A DNA stretch of 63,743 nucleotides, counting the filler, from Octopus bimaculoides (taxonomy: Eukaryota), in NCBI RefSeq assembly GCF_001194135.2. It is 6 parts of 6 records of this genome, joined end to end, with 100 filler letters (N's around TTAATTAATTAA, not from the genome) between each part and the next. Parts side by side here need not be neighbours in the genome. Positions count along the whole stretch, not along the records: positions 1 to 5,467 come from NC_068981.1; positions 5,568 to 20,277 come from NC_068989.1; 4 more parts are not named here. The stretch is one strand, 5' to 3'. Each line of letters begins with the position of its first letter. The first letter of the stretch is position 1. This document shows positions 1 through 10,151 of the stretch, one piece after another. The notes beneath the pieces are model-generated. The model was not told the origin of the DNA, ran no database searches, and worked only from the letters and a program-made list of their open reading frames with translations. The translations under genes and the position numbers were made by a program.

Positions 1-190
1 ACAACCAGAACCCTAAGTAAGACATGTGTAAAATTTGAATGAAATTGGTTGTGTAGTTCTCGAGTTTTAGGGAAACACACACACACACACACAGACAGAC
101 AGACAGACAGACAGACACACATTCTCATTTTTATATATATAGATAACCACATGTGTGTGCGTGCGTGAGGAGTGATGTGTGTGCATGTGT

Positions 191-226
<36 letters not shown>

Positions 227-241
227 ATAGACACATACACA

Positions 242-314
242 CGGTGACCGGTAAATTCCACTGCGATAAATTCCACCCACGGAAAATTCCACCAGGTAAA
301 TTTCACCTTAGGTG

Positions 315-410
<96 letters not shown>

Positions 411-929
411 GTTTGACTTTTGCTTTGTATTTGTACAAGTTGACTCCAAGCCTCACCCAGAGACCTCAAGAGACAACAAGTTAGAAGTTCATGTTGGTGT
501 TATGCCTAGGGTGTCATATATTTGGTTTTGCACATTCTAGAGAATGTTTAAGAAAACATAAGAAAATTGTGAGTTTTGTTTTAAAATTTAAGATTACATA
601 GACAGTATTTTACGCAGGATATGGGCAGTTCCCATGAGCACTATCTTTTGAATTTCTGCCATTTTGGGGTTTCCTGATATTATTATCATTGCCTTTGCAT
701 AGCTTCTAATGCTGGAGATGTACGACAGTGTCAGCTCTTCACTACCAGTGAACTAAGGTAACACCTCTTATTTTTCGAGCACCTTCCGGAGTATTCGAGC
801 GGTTCCAAGCAGTACTGTTTCCTGCAAGTGCTCCACCCTTATTACATGGGTGGAATTTACCTATGGTGAAACTTACCTGAAGGAATTTTCTGTGGTGGAA
901 TTTACTGCGGTAGAATTTACCTAGATCCC
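242..929. mobile_element. Putative non-autonomous TIR/foldback element with ~70-bp modular inverted repeats built from GGTAAATTCCACC-like units
   Basis: 250-319 (ggtaaattccactgcgataaattccacccacggaaaattccaccaggtaaatttcacc) aligns with the reverse complement of 851-921. No coding capacity; no TSD identified. Confidence 0.5.
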
Positions 930-1214
930 ATACACGCATACATACATACATACATACATACGTGCACACGTATATACATACATAAATACATACATATATG
1001 CATACACACATACAAACATACATACAAATATCTACATACACGCATATGTATACATACATACAAACATACATACATACAAACATACATACATACATACATG
1101 CACACACACATACATACATACATACATACATACAAACATACATACATACTTACACACATACATACACATACAAACATACACATACATACATACATACATA
1201 CATACATACATACA

Positions 1215-1246
<32 letters not shown>

Positions 1247-1697
1247 AAGTAAAAACAAATAGAAGAAAAATTCTTGAAAGTAGCCAAAAGAGATCTCTTG
1301 AACTTAAATTGACCCGCCTGAAAGAGGACTCAATGAAAAGCTGTCAGAGAGAAACTTCGTCATTGGAAGCGGGTAACTGAAAAACTAATTAACAAGTCAT
1401 TAAGACGAAATCAATCAGTATGAAGGGATTGTGAGATCAGGGGACAGTCAATGAAAAAGAGGACAGTTGATCGTTCCCAGGAAGATATGGCTTACGAGGG
1501 TGGGTGGACTGGAAATTTCATCGGTTGACTATGAAGGAGTGATGCTAGTGTTGTGAAACTTTGCATGTATTAATTTCAGCTCTTCTTATTAATGACTACA
1601 TTGTTTCTTTCCAGGTAAACTGACATCTGACTGTTCAAAGAACACTTCAAATGTAATTAGCAGCGGCGTCTCTTGAAAATAGACATTTGATGTCGTG

Positions 1698-2159
1698 GAG
1701 TGAAGATTATTTGCCAACATAACATGGCAGTCCTGGTTTAGGACGAATGTTGCTGTAATTTAGCCCCAGAAGACATCGTCTCCAGCTCTGTGTCCTTATA
1801 TTTTCGAACAAGGGAATCTAGCACCCTCATTCAGCTCAAAACAATATCTGTGTAACGCGAAATTGGCAGCGCTACCTCTAGCCGAGCAATTATTCTGTGC
1901 TGATGAAGGGAAATAACCTAGAAATTGCAATACACAGATATTGTTTTGAGCTGAGTAGGGGTGCTAGATTCCCTTGTTCGAATATATAAGAACACAGATC
2001 CTGTCGTATAGCCAGCTGGAGACGATGTCTCTTGGGGCTAAATTACAGCAACATTCGTCCTAAACCAGGACTGACATGTTATGTTGGCAAATAATCTTTA
2101 CTCCAAAGTACTGTTGTTGAATATCTCTCGTTGTGAGATTTACAAGTAGAAATTTTCTA
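1698..2159 (+). mobile_element. Non-coding foldback insertion carrying a hammerhead ribozyme (Penelope-like pLTR or retrozyme-like)
   Basis: 13-bp TSD ATTTG(A/G)TGTCGTG at 1685-1697 and 2160-2172. Inverted arms at about 1697-1854 and 1931-2104, with an HHR motif between and overlapping them. Confidence 0.8.
1894..1938 (+). ncRNA. Type I minimal hammerhead ribozyme motif (CUGAUGA core, AUA cleavage triplet)
   Basis: Stem I UCUGUG/CACAGA; CUGAUGA at 1900-1906; stem II AGG/CCU followed by one extra A; GAAA at 1921-1924; palindromic stem III AUUGCAAU; predicted cut after 1932. Confidence 0.7.
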
Positions 2160-2439
2160 ATTTGGTGTCGTGCTGTTAACAATTACCGGCAGAAAAAGAG
2201 TTTAGCCTCAAACAACACTCATGCTGTCATGGTTGCTACATTAGGGAATGATGCTCTAGCTTTATCAACAGTGTAAAAATGGGCAGCTAAATTTAGGAGG
2301 AGAAGGGAGGGTCTCGGAGATGATCCTGCCTCTGGACGTCCTGAAACTGCCTCCACTGAGGACAACACTGATCGTGTTCCCTACATACTGATGGATGACA
2401 GACGATTGACTATAAATTAAATATCCAATGCTATTCGTA

Positions 2440-2644
2440 TTAGGTTAGTGCATAATTATTGTGGCTTTTTTTTTCAATAAATTTTATTCAACAAAAAATT
2501 TAAACAAAACGCCAAGCAGAAATAGAAGTAGATGGTGAATATGCTCCGGAATAATCATTTAAAGATGTTTTTTTAAATGTTGTTATTGTTTTTGTTGAAT
2601 AAAATTTATCGATAGAAAGCCGCAATAATTATACGGCAACCTAA
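2440..2644. mobile_element. 205-bp mariner-derived MITE with HsMar1/MADE1-like TIRs
   Basis: TIR TTAGGTT(A/G)GTGCATAATTATTG(T/C)GGC, extended to about 60 bp. TA duplication at 2438-2439 and 2645-2646. Removing it restores the host transposase frame (NAIRIFLEGDENILHDRLGMTK). Confidence 0.9.
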
Positions 2645-3929
2645 TATATTCCTTGAGGGAGATGAGAATATTCTGCACGATAGACTTGGCATGACGAAGG
2701 TTTCTGCTTGGTGGGGGTCACGTCTTCTGACACCTGATCAAAAGCACGCTAGGATGATCACATCACGGGAAAATCTGACATTGTTTCAGGCAGATCCAGC
2801 TGGTTTCCTTAAGCGTTTCCTAACCCAGGAGACAAAGAGACAATTCATGCAATGGAAACACCCCTCTTTACCTGCTCCAAAGAAGGCCAAAGTCGTTTCA
2901 TCTGCAGGGAAGGTGATAGCCTCCGGTTTTGGGGATGCAAAATGCATTGCGTTGAAAGTGCCACACTATCAATGGAGAATACTATGCTAACTTACTGAAG
3001 CAGTTACAAGAGACTGTCAAGACCAAACGCGCAAGAAAACTGACGGAAGGGGTTTTGTTTCATCAGAACTATGTTCTAACAAACAAGTCCTCGGTTCCAA
3101 TGGCTGCTGTGCATGACTGGTTTTTGAACTGATTGATCACCCTCCCTATTCTCCTGAATTGGCCCCATGTGACTATCATCTGTTCCCCAACATGAAAAAT
3201 CACATGGCTGGGGATCAGCATCAGTGATGATGACGTCATGTATACTGTTGATGACTTTTGGGACCAAGAAGACGAAAGCTTCTTCACAAACGGGATCCAA
3301 GTACTCCAACATCGATAGAAGAAGTGTGTGTACCACAAAGAGGGATTAGGTTGACAAACACACCTCATTTCATCACATTCCATGAGAGTATCTCGATCAG
3401 CCTTTGAACTTCTCAGCCGACTCCCCGTAATACTGGAACAATAAATGTCTGCAAGACCTTCTTAAGGTTTACAGGATGATTAACAAAACAAGATGAGTGC
3501 TTTCACAACCTTGTTGACAAGCGGGTAGCCACTCAGATTGAACTGTAAATTAAAAAGAAAAAAAGAAAACATAGATACACACACACATACATAGACACAT
3601 AGATACATAAACACGTACACACACACACACACACACACACACATGCAGGTATCGAAAAAATGCCTGGTCTGAAAAGAAGGCGTTTAAACCGGATGTAGCC
3701 TCGGTACCAGAAATCTGATAGGAGCATTAATGGTGATATTGCTGAGGGTGTGGTAGGAAAGTTTCAAGACAGGAAAGCGTCAGAAAGAGCTTTAATACTG
3801 ACACAAAAACAAATTTTCCGTCGACAGTAACTTACAAATCTTTCGCAAAAAGCACTCCGTGGATGATATAAATAAACTACCTTAAACTGATTGCCATTCA
3901 CACAGGGAAGAAATGTTAGCCTCACAGCA

Positions 3930-4110
3930 GAATCATCATCATCATCATCATCGTCGTCGTCGTCGTCGTCGTTTAAGTCCGTTTTCCATGCTGGCATGGG
4001 TTGGACGGTTTGACTGAGGATATGTAAGCCAGGAGGCTGCACTAGGCTCCAATCTGATCTGGCACGGTTTCTACAGCTGAATGCCCTTCCTAATGCCAAC
4101 CACTCCACAA
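3930..4110 (-). mobile_element. RTE-type LINE/SINE 3' end with (GAT/GAC)n tail
   Basis: CATCATCATC...GTTTAAGTCCGTTTTCCATGCTGGCATGGGTTGGACGG...GCTGAATGCCCTTCCTAATGCCAACC resembles RTE 3' ends (recognised from memory). Confidence 0.55.
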
Positions 4111-4424
4111 GTATCGGGCTATCAGATGCTAATAGCCAATAAAGATGGATGGCTTGATTGATGGCTTATCTGAACACCTGTGAATATCCGTACAGTCTGT
4201 ATAAACACTAGCAAGGAAACTGGAGTCAGCGGCTTGGTTTATTGCATAATTCTAGAATTATTTCATCAATGCTTTACCACGAGTTTATTGATGGAATATT
4301 GTGATGTCATATATACAATGAAACATCGAATCGATATTATTGCGACAACGCCAGAAAATATCGACTCTTCAGGACTATACAGAAATTGAAACTTCCCTTG
4401 TTAATGTGTGTGTGTGTGCGTGTG

Positions 4425-4459
<35 letters not shown>

Positions 4460-4596
4460 AAATAGATGGATAGATAGATAGATAGGTAGATAGATAGGTA
4501 GGTAGATAGAGAGAGAGAGAGATACATACATACATACATACATATAGACCAATACATGCATCACACATACATACACCATACACACACACACATACC

Positions 4597-4770
4597 ACGG
4601 GCTTCCCCACAGTTTCCGCCTACCAAATTCACAACTATATTCACTCAGGAGGCATTGTTTATCCCGGGACCATAGTAAATAACACTTGCCCAAGATGCCG
4701 CACTGTGGGACTGAACCTGAACTCATGTGTTTGTAACCCGATCTTCTTAACCACACAGTTACACCTACAC
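4597..4770 (-). mobile_element. tRNA-derived SINE head (family A)
   Basis: Homologous to 14105-14281; reverse complement contains GTGTGGTTAAGAAG...GGTTCAGGTTCAGTCCCACAGTGCGGCATCTTGGGCAAGTGTT. Confidence 0.75.
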
Positions 4771-5511
4771 CTATACCATACAAGATGAGAACAAATATCC
4801 GTCAAATGTAAATAATGTAAATAATGAAATACGTATTTTAGAAATTACATTCACGTAATATGACACGTTTCCATAGTTACAACTTAATAATATTTCACAA
4901 TAAAATCAGAAATTCTGTTTATTCTTGTTCATCACAACTCTACCCCTCACTCCAAGTGTTTATTTCACTCGACCTTCATCATCTCAAGTACTGTCACCTA
5001 TTCCAAGATTCACTCTTTCCCTAAGTATACAAAACTTTGATAATTACACAGAAACCACTTAGATCCTTTCCAGGAATTATTTATGAGAAAGACTGGCATT
5101 TTTTGCTTGCTTTGATTGGCTAAGAACTGCTGCCAAAGTAATTGATGTCAGACTAGCTTTGGCAATTGATTCTCATGCCACTCCTTTGAGGATGTCAACT
5201 TAGAATTGTACATCTCTTGTCACTTGTGCTAATTCATTTGTCATACTTTGGCTGAGAGACCTCTGTCTGTACTTGTGCGTATGTGAGAGAGAGAGAGAGA
5301 CAGAGAGACAGAGAGAGAGAGAGAGAGAAAGAGACAGAGAGAAAGGCAGGCAGAGTGTGTGTTTGTGTGCGTTTGCGTGTGTGCGTGTGTGTGTTTGTGT
5401 GTGTGTGTGTGTGTGTTTGTATGTGCAAGAGAGAGAGAGAGAGTGTGTGTGTGTGTGTGTGTGTGTGNNNNNNNNNNNNNNNNNNNNNNNNNNNNNNNNN
5501 NNNNNNNNNNN

Positions 5512-5523
5512 TTAATTAATTAA
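5512..5523. other. Assembly spacer TTAATTAATTAA within a 100-bp gap (also 20322-20333, 42379-42390, 57142-57153, 62585-62596)
   Basis: Identical 12-mer flanked by about 44 N on each side at five places; gives stops in all six frames. Artificial, not biological. Confidence 0.95.
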
Positions 5524-5712
5524 NNNNNNNNNNNNNNNNNNNNNNNNNNNNNNNNNNNNNNNNNNNNGTTATCTCCCCCTTTCTTAGCTCTCCTGAAATA
5601 AGAATTTCTAACTTCCGGTCAGTCATTGTTATGATCGGCCATTATTATGATTGACCGTTGACTGAACACTATTCAATTTTTTTTCTCCGTGTTTTTCTCC
5701 TTGTCTCCGTAT

Positions 5713-5749
5713 TCTTTCTGTTGAAGAGCGTAGCTCGAAACGTCAAAGA
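5713..5749 (+). ncRNA. Hammerhead-like motif with variant core (CUGUUGA) inside a dispersed repeat (~5590-5850)
   Basis: Stem I UCUUU/AAAGA, stem II GAGC/GCUC, GAAAC-GUC. A homologous degenerate copy lies at 42460-42496 (-). Confidence 0.55.
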
Positions 5750-5857
5750 CTTTCCGTATTCCCGAACGTCATACTAATATATACTTTTGTTATTTACACC
5801 ACCTGTCCTCGTCTGTTGTTATTATTTGTATATTCTCCCATATATAAATATATAGAT

Positions 5858-6005
5858 CTTTTACTTGTTTCGGTCATCGTACTGCAGCCATGTTGGGGCA
5901 TTGGCTTAATGTGCTTTAGTTGAAAAAATTATCTCAGTACTCGTTTTTTTCTTTTTAACTCTGCCACTAATTTTATCGGTCTTTTGGTCGAACCGTTACG
6001 TTCCA
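5858..6005 (-). mobile_element. SINE family A 3' tail fragment
   Basis: Homologous to 13851-14040 (TTTTACTTGTTTCGGTCAT...GCAGCCATG). Confidence 0.65.
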
Positions 6006-6078
6006 GGGGCGCAACCCAAAGAGCAATGATTACCTAGCAGTAGTAGATAAACAAACACACACATACACACACACACAA

Positions 6079-6143
<65 letters not shown>

Positions 6144-6229
6144 TATATATGTATGTATGTACGTTGAATAAACTGTCGTAGATTACGCAAAAATGAAAAT
6201 AACACTGACATCTCATTTTAACAGTTATA

Positions 6230-7010
6230 TTTACCAAAATTACGTAAAAATATTTTGAAATACTAAAGAGTAAATTTATTCAATAAATCGGCATTAGTTT
6301 CAGCCACGGCCTCCAGACAACTTCGGATTCTCCTGCAACTCTTCTGGGCGGTCTCCTTGTTTAGGTTGGTGAATGCTGCCATAATCCTTGCCTTCAGCAC
6401 ATCATTGGTATTACAAGGAGTTTTGTTGGTCTCTCACTCAACTGTACCCCACACACAATAATCAAGGGGGTTGCAGGTGGCAAGATGTTAGATGTGGTGT
6501 AGTCACAGAAATGGTCAGACAGCCATGACTGGGTTCTCCTGCTTGTGTGGCATGGTGTAGAGTTCTGTTGCGAGACATAGGGTCTTCTACCAACCACCCC
6601 CTTGACCCAGGGCAGCACTACCTCCTCCAGACACTCCGTGTTCAGTGTGAGTCCGTGTGGGAAGATGAATGGAGGCATAACGTCGGCATCACTAATGATC
6701 ACTCCAAACATCATGATGTTAACTGGGTGCTTGATTTCTATCAGTCTCAGTACATGTCCTCAGATTCCACTGTCCTCAAATTGATATCCAAACATTCTGA
6801 AATATTCCTATTGGAGCTTTCGGCGTAAATGCTAAGCAGTACAGCATTTCGTTTCCAAATTTCTGGCAGAGTGAATTGCGTCATGGTGTTGTTTTTCTCA
6901 CACATGGTGCCTAACTGACCCTACTATACTGTGTAGTCAACGAAATCCAAAACAAACAATGAGCATATGCGAAATAAAAAATATAAAATGGTGACAATTT
7001 ACCCATTGCA
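6230..7010 (-). mobile_element. Internally deleted maT (DD37D-like) Tc1/mariner element
   Basis: N-terminal MTQFTLPEIWKRNAVLLSIY (ATG at 6884) joined to catalytic-domain MMFGVIISDADVMPPFIFPHGL...QQNSTPCHTSRRTQSWL...CNPLDYCVWG. Ends are approximate. Confidence 0.75.
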
Positions 7011-7535
7011 TATGTATATATNNNNNNNNNNNNNNNNNNNNNNNNNNNNNNNNNNNNNNNNNNNNNNNNNNNNNNNNNNNNNNNNNNNNNNNNNNNNNNN
7101 NNNNNNNNNNNNNNNNNNNNNNNNNNNNNNNNNNNNNNNNNNNNNNNNNNNNNNNNNNNNNNNNNNNNNNNNNNTATATATATATAAATATATGTGTCTG
7201 TATGTGTATATGTATATATGTGTGTGTGTGTGTGTGTGTATATAGATGTGTGTGCTTGTATGTGTGCGTGTGCGTGCGTGTTTATTATATTAAATTTTAT
7301 AAATCCACCTTCAGCTTTTTTCCCGTGCTAATCTGTTCACGACTCTCATGCTCAGCCTAGAGCAAAGCTCAAAGTACACTGTCAACTTTTGATATAATAA
7401 AAGCAACTTTCCACTCTACACAACTTACTGAGTTCCTAACCATATGATGTTTGAACTACTTAAAACATACTTTTTAATATACTTTACAACTCTTATATAA
7501 CTATATATATGTGTATATATGTATTTACATATATA

Positions 7536-8165
7536 CGGGGTCTGATCAATAAGTATCCGGACTCCTGCTATAGTAACGAGGTTAAAGCATGCAGACTAAA
7601 GCCGCTTGACGAAGATTGACCTTCTTCTCTGCTGTGCATGCACACTAAGTTTTAACCTTCTAGCTCACTTCCGCTGTTTGCAGCAGTGCTTTGAAGGAAG
7701 GTGAATAGAGCGTGATCGCCGCATTGACCATGACAGAGAAAGTTGTCAAGGCAATATCTGCTCAGACGCCTACGCAAAGTTGCAGAAAGTGTATTAAGGG
7801 GAGTGTATGAGACACACACAAGTGTACGAGTTATTCAGACGTTTTCAAGATGGCCGAAAAATTGTCGATATTGACGAACGTTCTGGGAGATCCGTAGCCA
7901 GAAGAACTGAGAAAAACATCGCAGTTGTGCGTGCAGCTGTGAGGGGAAATCGTCGAATCACCATCCGTAAGTAATCAAAGGATGTACAGGTTAGTTACGG
8001 TTCAGTTCAGTTCATTTTCACTGAAGATTTGGGTATGAAATGCGTGTCTGCCAAGTTTCTGCGAAAACTGCTTTCAGCTGACCATAAGAACACTCGAGTT
8101 TCAGTTGCACAAGATCTCCTTGATTGTGTCGAGAACGATGGAAACTTCTTGAAAACTTTGTGTAG
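7536..8165 (+). mobile_element. mariner (irritans-like) 5' fragment
   Basis: TA|CGGGGTCTGATCAATAAGTATCCGGACT TIR; HTH remnants VYELFRRFQDGRKIVDIDERSGRS and EDLGMKCVSAKFLRKLLSADHK. Confidence 0.85.
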
Positions 8166-8396
8166 GCCTTTGAGCAGGTATCGTCAAGCTTTTAGCAAAG
8201 TTTGATGCAGATTCTCTGGTCAACTTTCTTTGTCATTGTCAGCGACGATCACACGTTACACACTTTCATTCCAAATGCTGCTGTAAATAGCGGAAGTGAG
8301 CTAGAACAACAGAGTTCAAGGTCAGCCTTTGACAAGCAGCTTTACTCTGCGTTCTTTAGCTTCGATTCAACAGCAACAGTCCTGTTCAAACCACGC
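8165..8396 (-). mobile_element. Second 5' end of the same mariner family, in inverted orientation
   Basis: Reverse complement matches 7536-7760 (TTCTAGCTCACTTCCGCT) and encodes MTKKVDQRICIKLC. Confidence 0.75.
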
Positions 8397-8469
8397 ATAT
8401 ATAACGTCCTGTACCCATATATGCATATGTATATACATATATATATGTAGGTATGTACATATATGTATG

Positions 8470-8532
<63 letters not shown>

Positions 8533-9322
8533 CATTTATATTATTATACGATTGAACGCCACGCATCCATTTCCAAGTAAATTTTATCTTAATAATTTCG
8601 ATGCGACCCTTATTGTTCCATTCTATTTCTATTTCTATTTCTCTAGCCTCTCCCCTTTCGTTTCCTCTCTCTTCCTTTCTCTAATTCTTTTTATCTCCTC
8701 TTCTCCCCCTTTCGTCTTTTTCTTTCTCATCCTTTCTCTAATTCTTTTCCTCTCCCCTTCACTGTTCTCTGTCTGTCCCTCACATCTCTCTCCCTCACAT
8801 CTCTCTCCCTCACATCTCTCTCGCTCACTTTTTCTCCTTTGCTCTCTCGTTGCTCGCACGTGACCATCGGCCATCTTTCTTTTTCTAACTTGACTTTCTT
8901 TCTTTCTTTCCGATCAGCTGAGGGATCAGATGCATTCTTGTCTGTTTCCTGTCTAAGATTGTTCTTCCAATGTTCGTCACCTCACCTCGTATAGGTTTAG
9001 CCGCTCTTTCTGTTTGTTTTCACTATCTTGATTTTGTTACCAACTTTGACCTTCTGCAAAATCCCAAATTTTATTTAATTTGCTTTGCGGGAGCAAATGT
9101 TTTGCCGAAGGTGTATCCTGTCATGAATTGCTAGAAATACGGAGTAAAGAAAACAGCCGACAACTGATGAAGGGTCGTTCTTTATATTGCTTGTCTTGTT
9201 TTTCGTTTGTTTCTTTCGTTGTTCACAAAAAAAAGTTTGTATTCCATGTTTTCGTATTTTGTATTTCATCTTGTTTTCATATTTCATATTGTTTACATTC
9301 TGTGGTGTCCTGTACCCATATA

Positions 9323-9358
<36 letters not shown>

Positions 9359-10151
9359 GTGTGTATGTATGCATGTATGTACATATGTATGTATGCATGT
9401 ATGTATGAATTTATATATATACATATGAAGTGTGTATGTATGTAGGTATGTCTGTATGTATGTATGTACATATGTATGTATGCATGTATGTATGTATTTA
9501 TATATATATATATATAAAACAAGCATACATATATACGTACATACATGCATACATACAAAGTACATATATATATACGTTTATGTATGTATGTATGTATGTA
9601 TGTATGTATGTATGTATGTTTAAATAAATCACGTATATGCTGACATACTAAGAGAAGAATTGACCTTCCATTTCCTTTGACAAATTCACTCGTTTGCATA
9701 GAAAGCATTCCATAATTAGTTGACAAATTCTGTGCACTATCTTCATGATTCCTCTCATTTTCTTTCAGTGTCTTAAGATGGAAGAGGGTATTCACAGGTA
9801 GATTCCGTAGACTGCTGAACAAAATGCCGTGTTGTGTTTATTTTGCCCTTCATCCTTTCAGAGTTACAAGAGTATTGGAATCAGTAATATACTGAGGTCA
9901 ATTTAATATACAGTCTTCTTTCTCCGAAAAATTTGTGAATTTGTGTCAGTGTTAAAAATCAATATAAGTAGTGGGGCTTTGTGGTAGAGTGAAAAAAGTA
10001 AATGAGTACTCTTGCTAGTAGCCAATTATGACCTTCAAAAACTATCTTTCTTCTCACAAAAAAAAATGTAAAATATCTTCAAATTATATTATGATTTCAG
10101 CTTATTTTTTTCTTATTTACTTTTTCTGGTTTGATTTTTCTTTTTCTTTAG

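Larger units (their letters stand above)
1495..3427 (+). mobile_element. Decayed mariner transposon (irritans/Himar1-like), interrupted by two nested insertions
   Basis: TA-flanked termini: TA|CGAGGGTGGG... at 1493 and ...CTCCCCG|TA at 3429. Transposase remnants include IWCRAV, KWAAKFRRRREGLGDDPASGRP, LGMTKVSAWWGSRLLTPDQK, SAGKVIASGFGDAK and HPPYSPELAPCDYHLFPNMK, with stops and frameshifts. About 1.25 kb after removing the inserts. Confidence 0.9.

Noticed and set aside
5512-5523. Recurrent palindrome TTAATTAATTAA (five copies)
   Set aside because: Always centred in a 100-bp N block, so it is an assembly spacer.
9769-9797. Possible 29-nt micro-exon (ttttctttcag...cag|gtagat) in phase with the receptor exon
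   Set aside because: Weak donor, no recognisable homology, and splice-like motifs are common by chance; needs RNA-seq.
10028-10151. N-terminal part of the 239-aa ORF
   Set aside because: Intronic polypyrimidine-rich sequence upstream of the AG acceptor; no GPCR similarity.
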